From: Candidatus Latescibacterota bacterium
GTDB lineage: Bacteria > Latescibacterota > UBA2968 > UBA8231
DNA length: 64,000 nt
Direction of reading: 5' to 3'
Assembly: GCA_965242865.1 (NCBI GenBank)
Contig: CBDETK010000013.1
Location: 1,632,001-1,696,000, forward strand
Shown here piece by piece: positions 8,294 to 16,477 of this stretch; position 1 is the stretch's first letter; each line of letters begins with the position of its first letter. The notes beneath the pieces are model-generated. The model did no database searches. It worked only from the letters and a program-made list of their open reading frames with translations, and was not told the origin of the DNA. The position numbers were made by a program, and so were the translations under genes.

Positions 8294-10237
8294 ATGCCCG
8301 GCAATTTTACCTATCGCTCGCTCGCTTTGGGGGCCTTGCTGTCGCTGGCGATCAACGTGTTTTTCGCGTATGCGCGGCTGGCGATGGCCACGGCCGGCAT
8401 GTCTTCCGATTACATCACGGCCGGGGCGGTGTTCCTGTTTTTCGCGGTGGTGGCCTTTGTCAATCCCGCGCTCAAGCTAATGCGCCGGTCTTGGGGCTTG
8501 AACCGCGCCGAGCTGATCGTCATCTACGCGATGATGATCGTGGGCTCGGCCATTCCCACTTGGGGCTTTACGGGCAATTTGATCGCCATGTTGCCCAACA
8601 TCTACTACTACGCCACCCCGGAAAACAACTGGTCCGAACTGCTGCACCCGTACGTCCGCGCGTGGATGGTGCCGCAGGATCCAGACGCGATCAAGTACTT
8701 CTTTGAGGGCCTGCCCAAGGGGCAGCCCATCCCTTGGGAACACTGGCTGGTGCCGCTGGCGGCTTGGGTCTCGTTCATTCTGGCGATCTACTTGATGATG
8801 ATCGCCATCGCGTCGATCGTCCGCCGCCAGTGGGTTGACTACGACCGCTTGACCTTTCCGCTGTTGCAGCTCCCCATCGACCTGACCGAGGAAGGGAAGC
8901 GCGGCGCCATCGTCGGGCCGCTGCTCAAAAGGCCGCTGTTGTGGATCGGGTTTGCGCTGCCCTTTGCGCTGCACAGCACCAACGCCTTAAACCACTATTT
9001 CCCCTTTATCCCGGCGGTGCAGTTGCGCCACAGCATCTCCCTGTTTAACAACGCGCTGGGGCTGACCACCAATGTAAACTTTGCGGCGCTGGGGTTGGCG
9101 TACTTTTTGAGCTTGGACGTGGGGTTGAGTATCTGGCTCTTCCACTTGCTGACCAAGGCCCAGATCACGGCCGAGAACGTCCTCGGCTACTCCCTGCCCG
9201 GTCGCCGCGACCTGTTTATGGAAGGCTCGATGTCGGTGTCCTACGAGGGCATGGGGGCCATGTTGGTGCTGGTGCTCTACGGGCTGTGGAACAGCCGCAG
9301 CTATTTGCGGCAGGTCTGGCGCAAGGCCCTGTACAACGAGGGGGCGTTGGACGATTCGCAGGAGATCCTCTCGTATCGGGCGGCCCTCGTGGTCTTGGTC
9401 TTGGCCAGCGCGTACGCGGCCGGCTGGCTGACCCTGTCGGGCGTGCCGTGGTGGGTGGCGCTGTTTTTTCTCTTCGTGGCCTTCTGCATCTTCTACGGGC
9501 TGACGCGAATCGTGGCCGAGGGCGGGTTGGGGTTTGCGCGAGCGCAGATGACGGCGCAGCCGTTTGTGATCGACGCGGTGGGCACGGAGGCGATTGGTCC
9601 GTCGGGGTTGGTGAGCTTGGGAATGACCTTTAGCTGGGCCGGCGATTTGCGGACGATGGTCATGGCCTCGGCGGTCAATGGACTCAAGTTGGCCGATGTG
9701 GGCCGCGTGCGAGGACGACCGCTGTTTTGGGCCTTAATGCTCTCGATTGGGGTCGGCTTGGCCGGGTCAATATGGATGGTGGTGTGGATGGGCTACCAGT
9801 ACGGGGGCATCAATTTGGATTGGTGGTTCTACAACCGCTTCGGCGAAATAGTCCACGGCGACTCGGCCTACAAAATCGCCAACCCGAGGCATCCTTGGGG
9901 CGACTTCGACGAGATCGGGCCGCGCTTTTTGTTCGCGGGGATCGGCGCGGGGATCATGGGCCTGTTGATGTACGCCCGGCACCACTTCCTCTGGTGGCCG
10001 GTGCATTACCTCGGCTTTCCCATCGGCGCGACCTTGACGATCATCTGGACGTGGTTCAGCATTTTCATCGGCTGGGTCCTCAAGGCTCTGGTGCTCAAAT
10101 ACGGCGGCGCGACGCTCTATCGGCAGCTGCGGCCTTTGTTTTTGGGGTTGATTTTGGGGCACATTTTTGTGTCGGGATTCTGGGTGCTTTTCGACTATAT
10201 CACCGGGGAGACCGGCAATCGGATTCCGATTTTTTGA
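8294..10237 (+). CDS. Multi-pass membrane protein, DUF6785/DUF6784 family (putative OPT-like transporter)
   Basis: Many TM segments; motifs YYATPENNW, RRQWVDYDRLTFPLLQLP, TRIVAEGG, WWPVHYLGF, LKYGGATLYRQLRPLFLGLILG. Confidence 0.75.
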   Translation: MPGNFTYRSLALGALLSLAINVFFAYARLAMATAGMSSDYITAGAVFLFFAVVAFVNPALKLMRRSWGLNRAELIVIYAMMIVGSAIPTWGFTGNLIAMLPNIYYYATPENNWSELLHPYVRAWMVPQDPDAIKYFFEGLPKGQPIPWEHWLVPLAAWVSFILAIYLMMIAIASIVRRQWVDYDRLTFPLLQLPIDLTEEGKRGAIVGPLLKRPLLWIGFALPFALHSTNALNHYFPFIPAVQLRHSISLFNNALGLTTNVNFAALGLAYFLSLDVGLSIWLFHLLTKAQITAENVLGYSLPGRRDLFMEGSMSVSYEGMGAMLVLVLYGLWNSRSYLRQVWRKALYNEGALDDSQEILSYRAALVVLVLASAYAAGWLTLSGVPWWVALFFLFVAFCIFYGLTRIVAEGGLGFARAQMTAQPFVIDAVGTEAIGPSGLVSLGMTFSWAGDLRTMVMASAVNGLKLADVGRVRGRPLFWALMLSIGVGLAGSIWMVVWMGYQYGGINLDWWFYNRFGEIVHGDSAYKIANPRHPWGDFDEIGPRFLFAGIGAGIMGLLMYARHHFLWWPVHYLGFPIGATLTIIWTWFSIFIGWVLKALVLKYGGATLYRQLRPLFLGLILGHIFVSGFWVLFDYITGETGNRIPIF

Positions 10238-10248
10238 GGAGAAAACCA

Positions 10249-11055
10249 ATGAGAGCAAGCACCATGAGCACACCGGACGTCATCTTGGCTTCGGGCCACG
10301 CCATTCCGCAGTTGGGGCTGGGCACTTGGATGTTGCGCGGCCCACAGTGCCAAGCCGTGGTCAAAAAGGCCCTTGAGCTGGGCTATACGCATTTGGATTC
10401 CGCGTGGATGTACCAGAATCAGGACGCCATTGGCCAAGCCCTCAAGGAGGTGGGGGCCGACCGCGACCGCCTCTTTATCACCTCCAAGATCTGGCATTCG
10501 CACTTGGAGTACGAGGCGACCCTAGCGCAGATGGAGGAGATTCTGCGCGACCTGCAAACCGAATACGTCGATCTCCTGCTCATCCACCATCCCGGTCAGG
10601 GCGTGCCGGTGGAGCACACCTTAGCCGCTTTTGAAAAAATCCACGAGGCCGGTCGGGCCAAGAGCATTGGCATCAGCAATTTTAGCGTGGAGCAGACCGA
10701 TCGGGCCCGGGCCGCGACCGGCTTGCCGATATGCACCAATCAGGTCGAATACCACCTGCGCCACAACCGCGAAACGCTGCGGCGTCATTGCCACGCCCAC
10801 CACGTGGTGCTGACGGCGCACCGCCCGCTGGCGCAGGGGAAGCTGGCCCAAGACGAGGTTCTAAAACAGGTGGCCGCTGGCCACGGCAAGAGCGAGGCCC
10901 AAGTGGCGTTGAAGTGGCTGTTGCAAAAGGATCTGATCGTCATCCCCAAAGCGAGCTCAACGGCCCATTTGCGCGACAATCTCGACTTGTTCGATTGGCA
11001 GCTAGGGGACGAGGAGCTGACGCGCCTCAACGCGGTGGGGACCGATCCCGGTTGA
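10249..11055 (+). CDS. Aldo/keto reductase (2,5-DKG reductase-like)
   Basis: IPQLGLGTW, HLDSAWMYQN, FITSKIW, YVDLLLIH, IGISNF, NQVEYH, VIPKAS; GAGGAG RBS; alternative start 10264. Confidence 0.92.
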   Translation: MRASTMSTPDVILASGHAIPQLGLGTWMLRGPQCQAVVKKALELGYTHLDSAWMYQNQDAIGQALKEVGADRDRLFITSKIWHSHLEYEATLAQMEEILRDLQTEYVDLLLIHHPGQGVPVEHTLAAFEKIHEAGRAKSIGISNFSVEQTDRARAATGLPICTNQVEYHLRHNRETLRRHCHAHHVVLTAHRPLAQGKLAQDEVLKQVAAGHGKSEAQVALKWLLQKDLIVIPKASSTAHLRDNLDLFDWQLGDEELTRLNAVGTDPG

Positions 11056-11056
11056 T

Positions 11057-11403
11057 TCAATAGTAATAGAACGCATAGACCAGCGCGGCCGAGCCAATGC
11101 CGACGCAAGTGCCCAAGATCAGGCCGATAAAAAAGGGCAGGAGGGTGCGGTAGAGGCGGATGCCGCCGTAGCGCAGGGCGAGGAGCTTGATCAGCCAAGC
11201 CAAGAAAATCCCGAACCAGTCGATGGACACGGTGTTGGTCAGGGCGATGCCCAGCCCCACCGGATGCAAGGGCCAGCCCAGTGGGGGATGTGCGGCCAGA
11301 GCAGGTCGGACCAATTGTTTTCTGGGGCAGCGTAGTAAAAGACGCCGGCGATTAACGGGATGCAGTAGCCGCCAAAGCCCATGGAAGGCAGCACTACGAC
11401 CAC
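11057..11403 (-). pseudogene. Internally deleted paralogue of the DUF6785/DUF6784 membrane protein
   Basis: 11403->~11280 reads VLPSMGFGGYCIPLIAGVFYYAAPENNWSDLLWPHIPHW (matches ~aa 85-125 of 8294..10237). It joins out of frame to GWPLHPVGLGI...LRYGGIRLYRTLLPFFIGLILG (matches the C-terminus). Confidence 0.85.
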
Positions 11404-11442
11404 CTATCTTCTGAAAAATGCCATGCAGCGCAACGCACAAGT

Positions 11443-12801
11443 TTAGTACGGCGTGTGTTGGGTCGTGATGGGGCACCAGCGGGCGGCGAACAAATAGTCG
11501 AACAAGACCTCGGTCGCCGCTGGCGTTCCAATGCGTTCCAAGGTCTTGGCGGCCTTGGCACTGACGTAGCAGTTTGGATCGTCTAGGGCCGCCACCACCG
11601 CTGGCAGTACGGCCTCGGCGGCCGGCCCCAGCCGCGCCAAGCCCAAGGCAGCATTGCGCCGCACCCATTCGTCGCGGTCGCCCAAAACTCCGGCCAGTTC
11701 CTCCAGCACCGCTGGAGGCAAGGTGCCCATGGCGCCCAAGGCTTCGGCTGCGTGGCCCCGCACCTCGCCCGACGCATCGCCCAGCGCCCGCTGCAACGCC
11801 GATATGGCTGGAGCACCCGCCCGACCCATATCGCCCAAACTATCGACCGCGGCTAGCCGCACGGCCGGATCGTCGTCAGCGCAGACTTGCGCTAGCGCCT
11901 TGACCGCGGCTGGGCCGGCCGCGGCCAAACCGTAGCCAGCATTGCGCCGCACAGGTTCCGGTCCTTGGCGCAAACAATCGATGAGCGGCCCCACGGCGGG
12001 CTCGCCAGCGCGACCGAGGGCATAGGCCGCCGCTTGGCTCGCCGCCTCGGAATCGCCGCTCAGTGCCTGCAACAGTGCCGACCGCTGGCCGGGATCCGCG
12101 GCAAAGCCCGCGGACTGGCCTCCGTACCATTCCCACATACTGTGCCAGATGGGGGCCTCGGCATGTCCATTCCCGGCCCAAGGCGTCCCGGTCGCCTTCC
12201 AACTAGGCCCGTCCGGTTCTTCGAGGCGGACAAAGAGGAACTTGACCATGTAGCGGGCCTGCTCGGTGCTGTTGGGCGTGGCTCGGTGCCACAAGTCGTA
12301 GTGAACCATGGCGACCGTCCCGGCCTCCCCCGCAAGCGCGACCTCTCGCTCGCTCGCCCCTGGGTCGAGGCGGTTGTGGTAGTGGCTGCCAGGGACGACG
12401 CCAGTGGGGCCGCGCTCGGCCGGCGTGTCCTGCGGATAGTAAAAGGCCATGGCCCAGCGCAGCCGGTGGTGCCGCCGACTCCAGCTATCCTTGTGCAGCC
12501 GCTGCCCTTCCGAACCCGGCTTGTTGAAATGGCAGAACCGGTGCGGATGCAAATAGTACCCCGGCCCCAAGATACTGGTCAGAGCACCCGCCACTTGGGG
12601 TTGATCAAACACCTGCTGCAAATCGGGGATGCGGGGCAATAGGTTGTTGCCCGGATTGCCCTCGGCGGCCAAGAGCGTCTCTATTTGCCGATAGACGGAC
12701 TGGTGAAAATCCGCGGGCAAATCCGTTTTGACCACTGTATAGCCGTCGGCGATGAAAGACTGCATGCGGCTATCGTCCAACAAGATCGCGTCGGTACGCA
12801 T
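11443..12801 (-). CDS. Phytanoyl-CoA dioxygenase (PhyH) family Fe(II)/2OG domain fused to HEAT/PBS-lyase repeats
   Basis: FIADGY, LHKD (HxD), GPTGVVPGSH, LWHRATPN; C-terminal repeats VRRNAGYGL, VRLAAVDSLG, VRGHAAEALG, VRRNAALGLARLG. Confidence 0.88.
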   Translation of the reverse strand: MRTDAILLDDSRMQSFIADGYTVVKTDLPADFHQSVYRQIETLLAAEGNPGNNLLPRIPDLQQVFDQPQVAGALTSILGPGYYLHPHRFCHFNKPGSEGQRLHKDSWSRRHHRLRWAMAFYYPQDTPAERGPTGVVPGSHYHNRLDPGASEREVALAGEAGTVAMVHYDLWHRATPNSTEQARYMVKFLFVRLEEPDGPSWKATGTPWAGNGHAEAPIWHSMWEWYGGQSAGFAADPGQRSALLQALSGDSEAASQAAAYALGRAGEPAVGPLIDCLRQGPEPVRRNAGYGLAAAGPAAVKALAQVCADDDPAVRLAAVDSLGDMGRAGAPAISALQRALGDASGEVRGHAAEALGAMGTLPPAVLEELAGVLGDRDEWVRRNAALGLARLGPAAEAVLPAVVAALDDPNCYVSAKAAKTLERIGTPAATEVLFDYLFAARWCPITTQHTPY

Positions 12802-12816
12802 AGCAAAGCTCCTCGT

Positions 12817-13659
12817 TTAGTGAGTGAGTGCCTCGCCCGGCATCCGGTTCCAAGGCACGGGTGCGGAGGTTCCCTCGTAGGTAGGCAGCAGATCGGCAAC
12901 CCGTGCTCTATCTTCGGCGTCCCAGCCGACCCATTCGCGGGGGCGGGCGATGGCGGCGCGGAGGCCGTCGGAGAGCAGGTCGAAGTACGGGAAATACCAC
13001 AGGGTAATGACGGTGCGACGCTGGGCCGACTTGTTGGCGTGGGCCGAGTGCAACAGCCGTGCGTCGCCGATGACCACATCGCCGGCCGCCACCGGGACAT
13101 CCACTTCTTCGGGAATCGACTGATAGGCCGGATGGTCGGGATCAGCTACGCGGCGAAGGGCGTCGGTGTGGGCGTTGGGCACCTCGTCGTGCATGCGGTG
13201 ACGCTTCCGATGGGAGCCGCGCAACAGGCGCAGGCAGCCGTTGTGGGGCGTGGTATCGACGAGGTAGTACATCAGGAAAAGCTGCTGAGGCAGGGGCGTA
13301 TAACTCGAAGGATCGTCCCAGCCCCACCAGTCCTGATGCCAGAAAAGAGCCGGGCTGTGTGGCGGCTTGCTGATGACGTAGCCAGACATCCACCGAGGGC
13401 GCAGAAAGCCCAAGGTGTCGAGCGCGGCGCGAGCGGGCGGGTACGCGACGAGTTCGGCGAAGATGGGATGGACGCCGACATCGAGCATGCTGCCGGTGGA
13501 GCGTTGTTCGGCGCGGCTTTCTTGGCTTTGGGCGTCGAGGAGTTGGTCGGTCACTTGGCGCAGCCGGTGGAGCAGGTCGTCGCCGAGGACATCTCCTATC
13601 AAGCAGTAGCCGTCGCGGACGAACTGGTCAAAGTTTTCTTTGGGGTCTTGTTGGGACAT
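12817..13659 (-). CDS. PhyH family dioxygenase
   Basis: FVRDGY, WHQD, NGCLRLLRGSH, LLHSAHAN...RR; alternative TTG start 13692. Confidence 0.9.
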   Translation of the reverse strand: MSQQDPKENFDQFVRDGYCLIGDVLGDDLLHRLRQVTDQLLDAQSQESRAEQRSTGSMLDVGVHPIFAELVAYPPARAALDTLGFLRPRWMSGYVISKPPHSPALFWHQDWWGWDDPSSYTPLPQQLFLMYYLVDTTPHNGCLRLLRGSHRKRHRMHDEVPNAHTDALRRVADPDHPAYQSIPEEVDVPVAAGDVVIGDARLLHSAHANKSAQRRTVITLWYFPYFDLLSDGLRAAIARPREWVGWDAEDRARVADLLPTYEGTSAPVPWNRMPGEALTH

Positions 13660-13725
13660 TGGCGGCGTTCCTGTCGTGTCGATGTTGGGCAACGTAAGGG
13701 GTTGATTTTCGTCGGGGTTCGGCTT

Positions 13726-14583
13726 CTAACCGGCCAGCGTCTCTCCTTGGCGCGAGCGCTCCTGCAAGTCGTAGAGCGAGGAAATGGCGTCCTTGTACAG
13801 CGGGATGGGAAAGGAGCGGTCCTCAAAGCGTGCGGCGGACGGGATCCGGCCGCGCACTAGACGCGCATTGGCCTCGGTCTTGTACGTCATCTCGCCGGTG
13901 TAGATCGGGAAGGCGTCGGCCGCGCGGTAGCTGAGGATCAGGGTGCGCCGCGGCGTGTCGGAGACATTGGCGATGGAAGCATGAGGGGTCATCGCATGCA
14001 TGAAGATGACCGTGCCCGCCGCACCGGGGATCGGCACGGCCAGCGATGAATCGACCGCTTCAGTGACCCGGCCTTGAAAAAAGCCGTCAGTGCTGTGCGA
14101 CAGCAACTCGCTTTGATGGCGGCGGGGCATGACTTGCAAACAGCCGTTTTCAACGGTGGCGTCGTCGAGGTAAAAGAGGATGCTCACCGAGCCGCGATGG
14201 GTCAGCGGGTAGTAGGAAAGGTCTTGGTGCCACTCAACGGGCGAGCCAACGCCGGCCGGTTTCATGTTGATCTTGCTGTAGTGAAAGACCAAGTCCGGGC
14301 CGAGCAGTGCCCCGACCGCGTCGAGCAGCCGCTCCGCTTCGGAGAACGCCCGGAACACCTCGTAGTAGCTGCAAGGCTCGTACAGGCGGCGCACCTGCGT
14401 CCCAGCGGGCGGCTGGTTAGGCTCCATCTCCATGCGGGTGGCGTCGTGGTCGGCGAGCGTATTGCCGGAGCTAGCCGCGTCCATCTCGCCCAGGAAGGCC
14501 GCGATCTCCTCGGCATTGAGGAAGCCGGGGACCGCGACGTAGCCTTCAGTGTGATAGTGTTCGACTTGTGCGGGGGTCAACAT
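13726..14583 (-). CDS. PhyH family dioxygenase
   Basis: MLTPAQVEHYHTEGY, KINMKP, WHQD, NGCLQV, TPHASIAN...RR; AAGGAGG RBS. Confidence 0.92.
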   Translation of the reverse strand: MLTPAQVEHYHTEGYVAVPGFLNAEEIAAFLGEMDAASSGNTLADHDATRMEMEPNQPPAGTQVRRLYEPCSYYEVFRAFSEAERLLDAVGALLGPDLVFHYSKINMKPAGVGSPVEWHQDLSYYPLTHRGSVSILFYLDDATVENGCLQVMPRRHQSELLSHSTDGFFQGRVTEAVDSSLAVPIPGAAGTVIFMHAMTPHASIANVSDTPRRTLILSYRAADAFPIYTGEMTYKTEANARLVRGRIPSAARFEDRSFPIPLYKDAISSLYDLQERSRQGETLAG

Positions 14584-14587
14584 GTGA

Positions 14588-14628
14588 GTTCCTCCTTAAT
14601 CATTTCTCTATGGCACCCATCAGCATTT
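14588..14628. repeat. Direct repeat, left copy: duplicate of the 3' end of PhyH gene 15570..16313 plus RBS
   Basis: catttctctatggcacccatcagcattt (28 bp) identical at 14601-14628 and 15574-15601; gttcctcc also shared at 14588 and 15562. Confidence 0.95.
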
Positions 14629-14642
14629 GGAGAATGTCGGCG

Positions 14643-14879
14643 TCAGGGATTCTGTTGAAAGCGAGTTCGGGCATTGAGGAGCGTAATGCCAACGAGACGG
14701 CGGTCGCGATAGTGGTAGATATTCCCGTCCTCTTCCATCACGCTGTCATTAGCGCACTGAGGTTTTTCAAAACTGAGGTACAATACATCCGCCCCTTCAT
14801 CATAGTCGCTCCAAACTTGTGGATAGGGCAAGCGCAACAGCTCGGGGACAAATGTCAGGTCAATGGTTGACGCATCCAT
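14643..14879 (-). CDS. DUF2283 domain protein (putative antitoxin)
   Basis: YDEGADVLYLSF...LVGITLLNA pattern; acidic 78 aa. Confidence 0.8.
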   Translation of the reverse strand: MDASTIDLTFVPELLRLPYPQVWSDYDEGADVLYLSFEKPQCANDSVMEEDGNIYHYRDRRLVGITLLNARTRFQQNP

Positions 14880-15202
14880 ATCGCATTTCTCCTGCGAGTA
14901 ATTTTATCCGGCCTCGACGTTAAAAATGCCGTAATGATAAATCCATCTTCTTCGTCGCGATATATGGCGACACAGGTCTTTTCAGTAATGTTGGTTGCAT
15001 CGTAATGCCGCAATGCAACTGTCGCTCCCAAATCTCCAGTGACCAAGCGGTCTGGGTCTGTAACTGTTTCGAGCACCTTCTCCTGATTTCCGGCCATGTA
15101 ATCATGCGACTCTGTGATGTGAACCCATTGCTTATGGGTCAATCGTATCGTATGCCGATCAATAGAAGGCACCGTTGACAAGACAACATCTTCAGGAGAC
15201 AT
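14855..15202 (-). CDS. Putative RelE/BECR-fold (DUF4258-like) toxin
   Basis: IRLTHKQWVHITESH...VLETVTDPD...GFIITAF; overlaps and precedes the DUF2283 gene. Confidence 0.65.
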   Translation of the reverse strand: MSPEDVVLSTVPSIDRHTIRLTHKQWVHITESHDYMAGNQEKVLETVTDPDRLVTGDLGATVALRHYDATNITEKTCVAIYRDEEDGFIITAFLTSRPDKITRRRNAIWMRQPLT

Positions 15203-15240
15203 AGAATCAGGTCAGACATTTTTTGGCCAAAGTATGCCGT

Positions 15241-15501
15241 TCACTCTGATCGGACCTGGGAGACAGCGGCGGCAATATCCGACCGTTTCATCCCGGCTTG
15301 CCTAGCTTGGCGGCGTGCTTTGGCAATCATGCGATCAAAATCGCGCATGGAAGGGGTGTGGATGGTTTTGAGAATGATGACATCATCTTCGCCGATGACG
15401 ATAAACTGGGTCCCCGACTCCAAGCCGAGCTGTTGGCGCAGCGGCTCGGGGATGACGACTTGCCCCTTGGAGGACATGCGGGTCGTGGCGACTGAGTCCA
15501 T
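15241..15501 (-). CDS. AbrB/MazE/SpoVT family DNA-binding protein (antitoxin)
   Basis: TTRMSSKGQVVIPEPLRQQLGLESG; AAGGAAG RBS. Confidence 0.9.
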   Translation of the reverse strand: MDSVATTRMSSKGQVVIPEPLRQQLGLESGTQFIVIGEDDVIILKTIHTPSMRDFDRMIAKARRQARQAGMKRSDIAAAVSQVRSE

Positions 15502-15520
15502 AGTGCTTCCTTTCGTTTAA

Positions 15521-15534
15521 TTTTACTGGTAAAA
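15521..15534. promoter_or_regulatory. Palindromic operator candidate upstream of the AbrB-family gene
   Basis: Perfect 6-2-6 inverted repeat ttttac-tg-gtaaaa about 20 bp upstream of the start codon. Confidence 0.5.
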
Positions 15535-15561
15535 AATACAATCCTGACCCGCCGTCAAATG

Positions 15562-15601
15562 GTTCCTCCCTACCATTTCTCTATGGCACCCATCAGCATT
15601 T
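15562..15601. repeat. Direct repeat, right copy (the real gene end)
   Basis: Partner of 14588-14628; encodes MLMGAIEKW-stop followed by GGAGGAAC. Confidence 0.95.
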
Positions 15602-16313
15602 TTTGCTGGTCGGTGCCTGTAGCGCGGACTTTCTGGGCGAAAGGGCCGTCAAAAGGCTCGCGGGATTTCATCCAAGCGGTCTGGTAGCACATCAAGCAGA
15701 CGCGGCGATGCACGGACGAACGGTTGGCCGCGCCGCGATGATAGAGACAGCCATCAAACATCACTGCCTGACCCGGCCGGGCGAAAACCCACTTCTCCTC
15801 GGGGAAGCGCGGATGGCCGGCCGGCGGGCGGAAGGGGGCGCGATGGCTGCCGGGGACGATGACGATGGCACCGTTGTCCTCGTCTAATTCGTCCAAGTAG
15901 TAGCCACAGTTGATCTGGCCGGGCAACGCGCCGTAAGGCGTCCCGTCGGGATCGATAGGCCAAGGCACGTCGCGGTGCCAGTTCTGATCCTCCTGCCCCG
16001 GCGCGGTGACGCGGGCGGTGGCACTGTGGAGCTGGACGCAGGTGCCCAGAATGGCCTGCATCCGCTCCAACACGGGCGGGTTGTCGAGCAGGAAGGCAAA
16101 GGCTTCGCCCGCTTCGAGCAGTTGGTGGATAAACTGCTCCCCGGTCCCGCGTGCAAAGGCCGCATCAAGTGCCACGCGCAAGGTCTCGACCTGCGCCTCG
16201 GTGAGGGCGTCTTCGACGACGAGGTAGCCCCACTTGCGGAAGAAGGCCACGTCCGCGGCGATTTCGGGCGTCAGCTTGGGGTTGAGGTGCTGAGGGTAGG
16301 GCGGTTGCGCCAT
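15570..16313 (-). CDS. PhyH family dioxygenase
   Basis: FFRKWGYLVVEDAL, WHRD, NGAIVIVPGSH, LYHRGAAN...RR; GGAG upstream of ATG 16313. Confidence 0.9.
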   Translation of the reverse strand: MAQPPYPQHLNPKLTPEIAADVAFFRKWGYLVVEDALTEAQVETLRVALDAAFARGTGEQFIHQLLEAGEAFAFLLDNPPVLERMQAILGTCVQLHSATARVTAPGQEDQNWHRDVPWPIDPDGTPYGALPGQINCGYYLDELDEDNGAIVIVPGSHRAPFRPPAGHPRFPEEKWVFARPGQAVMFDGCLYHRGAANRSSVHRRVCLMCYQTAWMKSREPFDGPFAQKVRATGTDQQKMLMGAIEKW

Positions 16314-16477
16314 GGTTTTCACAGAACTCCGGTGTGCATTGCAATCAGAATACATTGCGCGACAGGCTCTTTGTCAACGCAACGAGCGGCCGCGCATGGT
16401 TGACCCTGCGCGGGCCATGATGCTCATTACTTGGGTCCATGCCCGCACCCAGCCCGTTTACCACAAAGGAGCAACCC

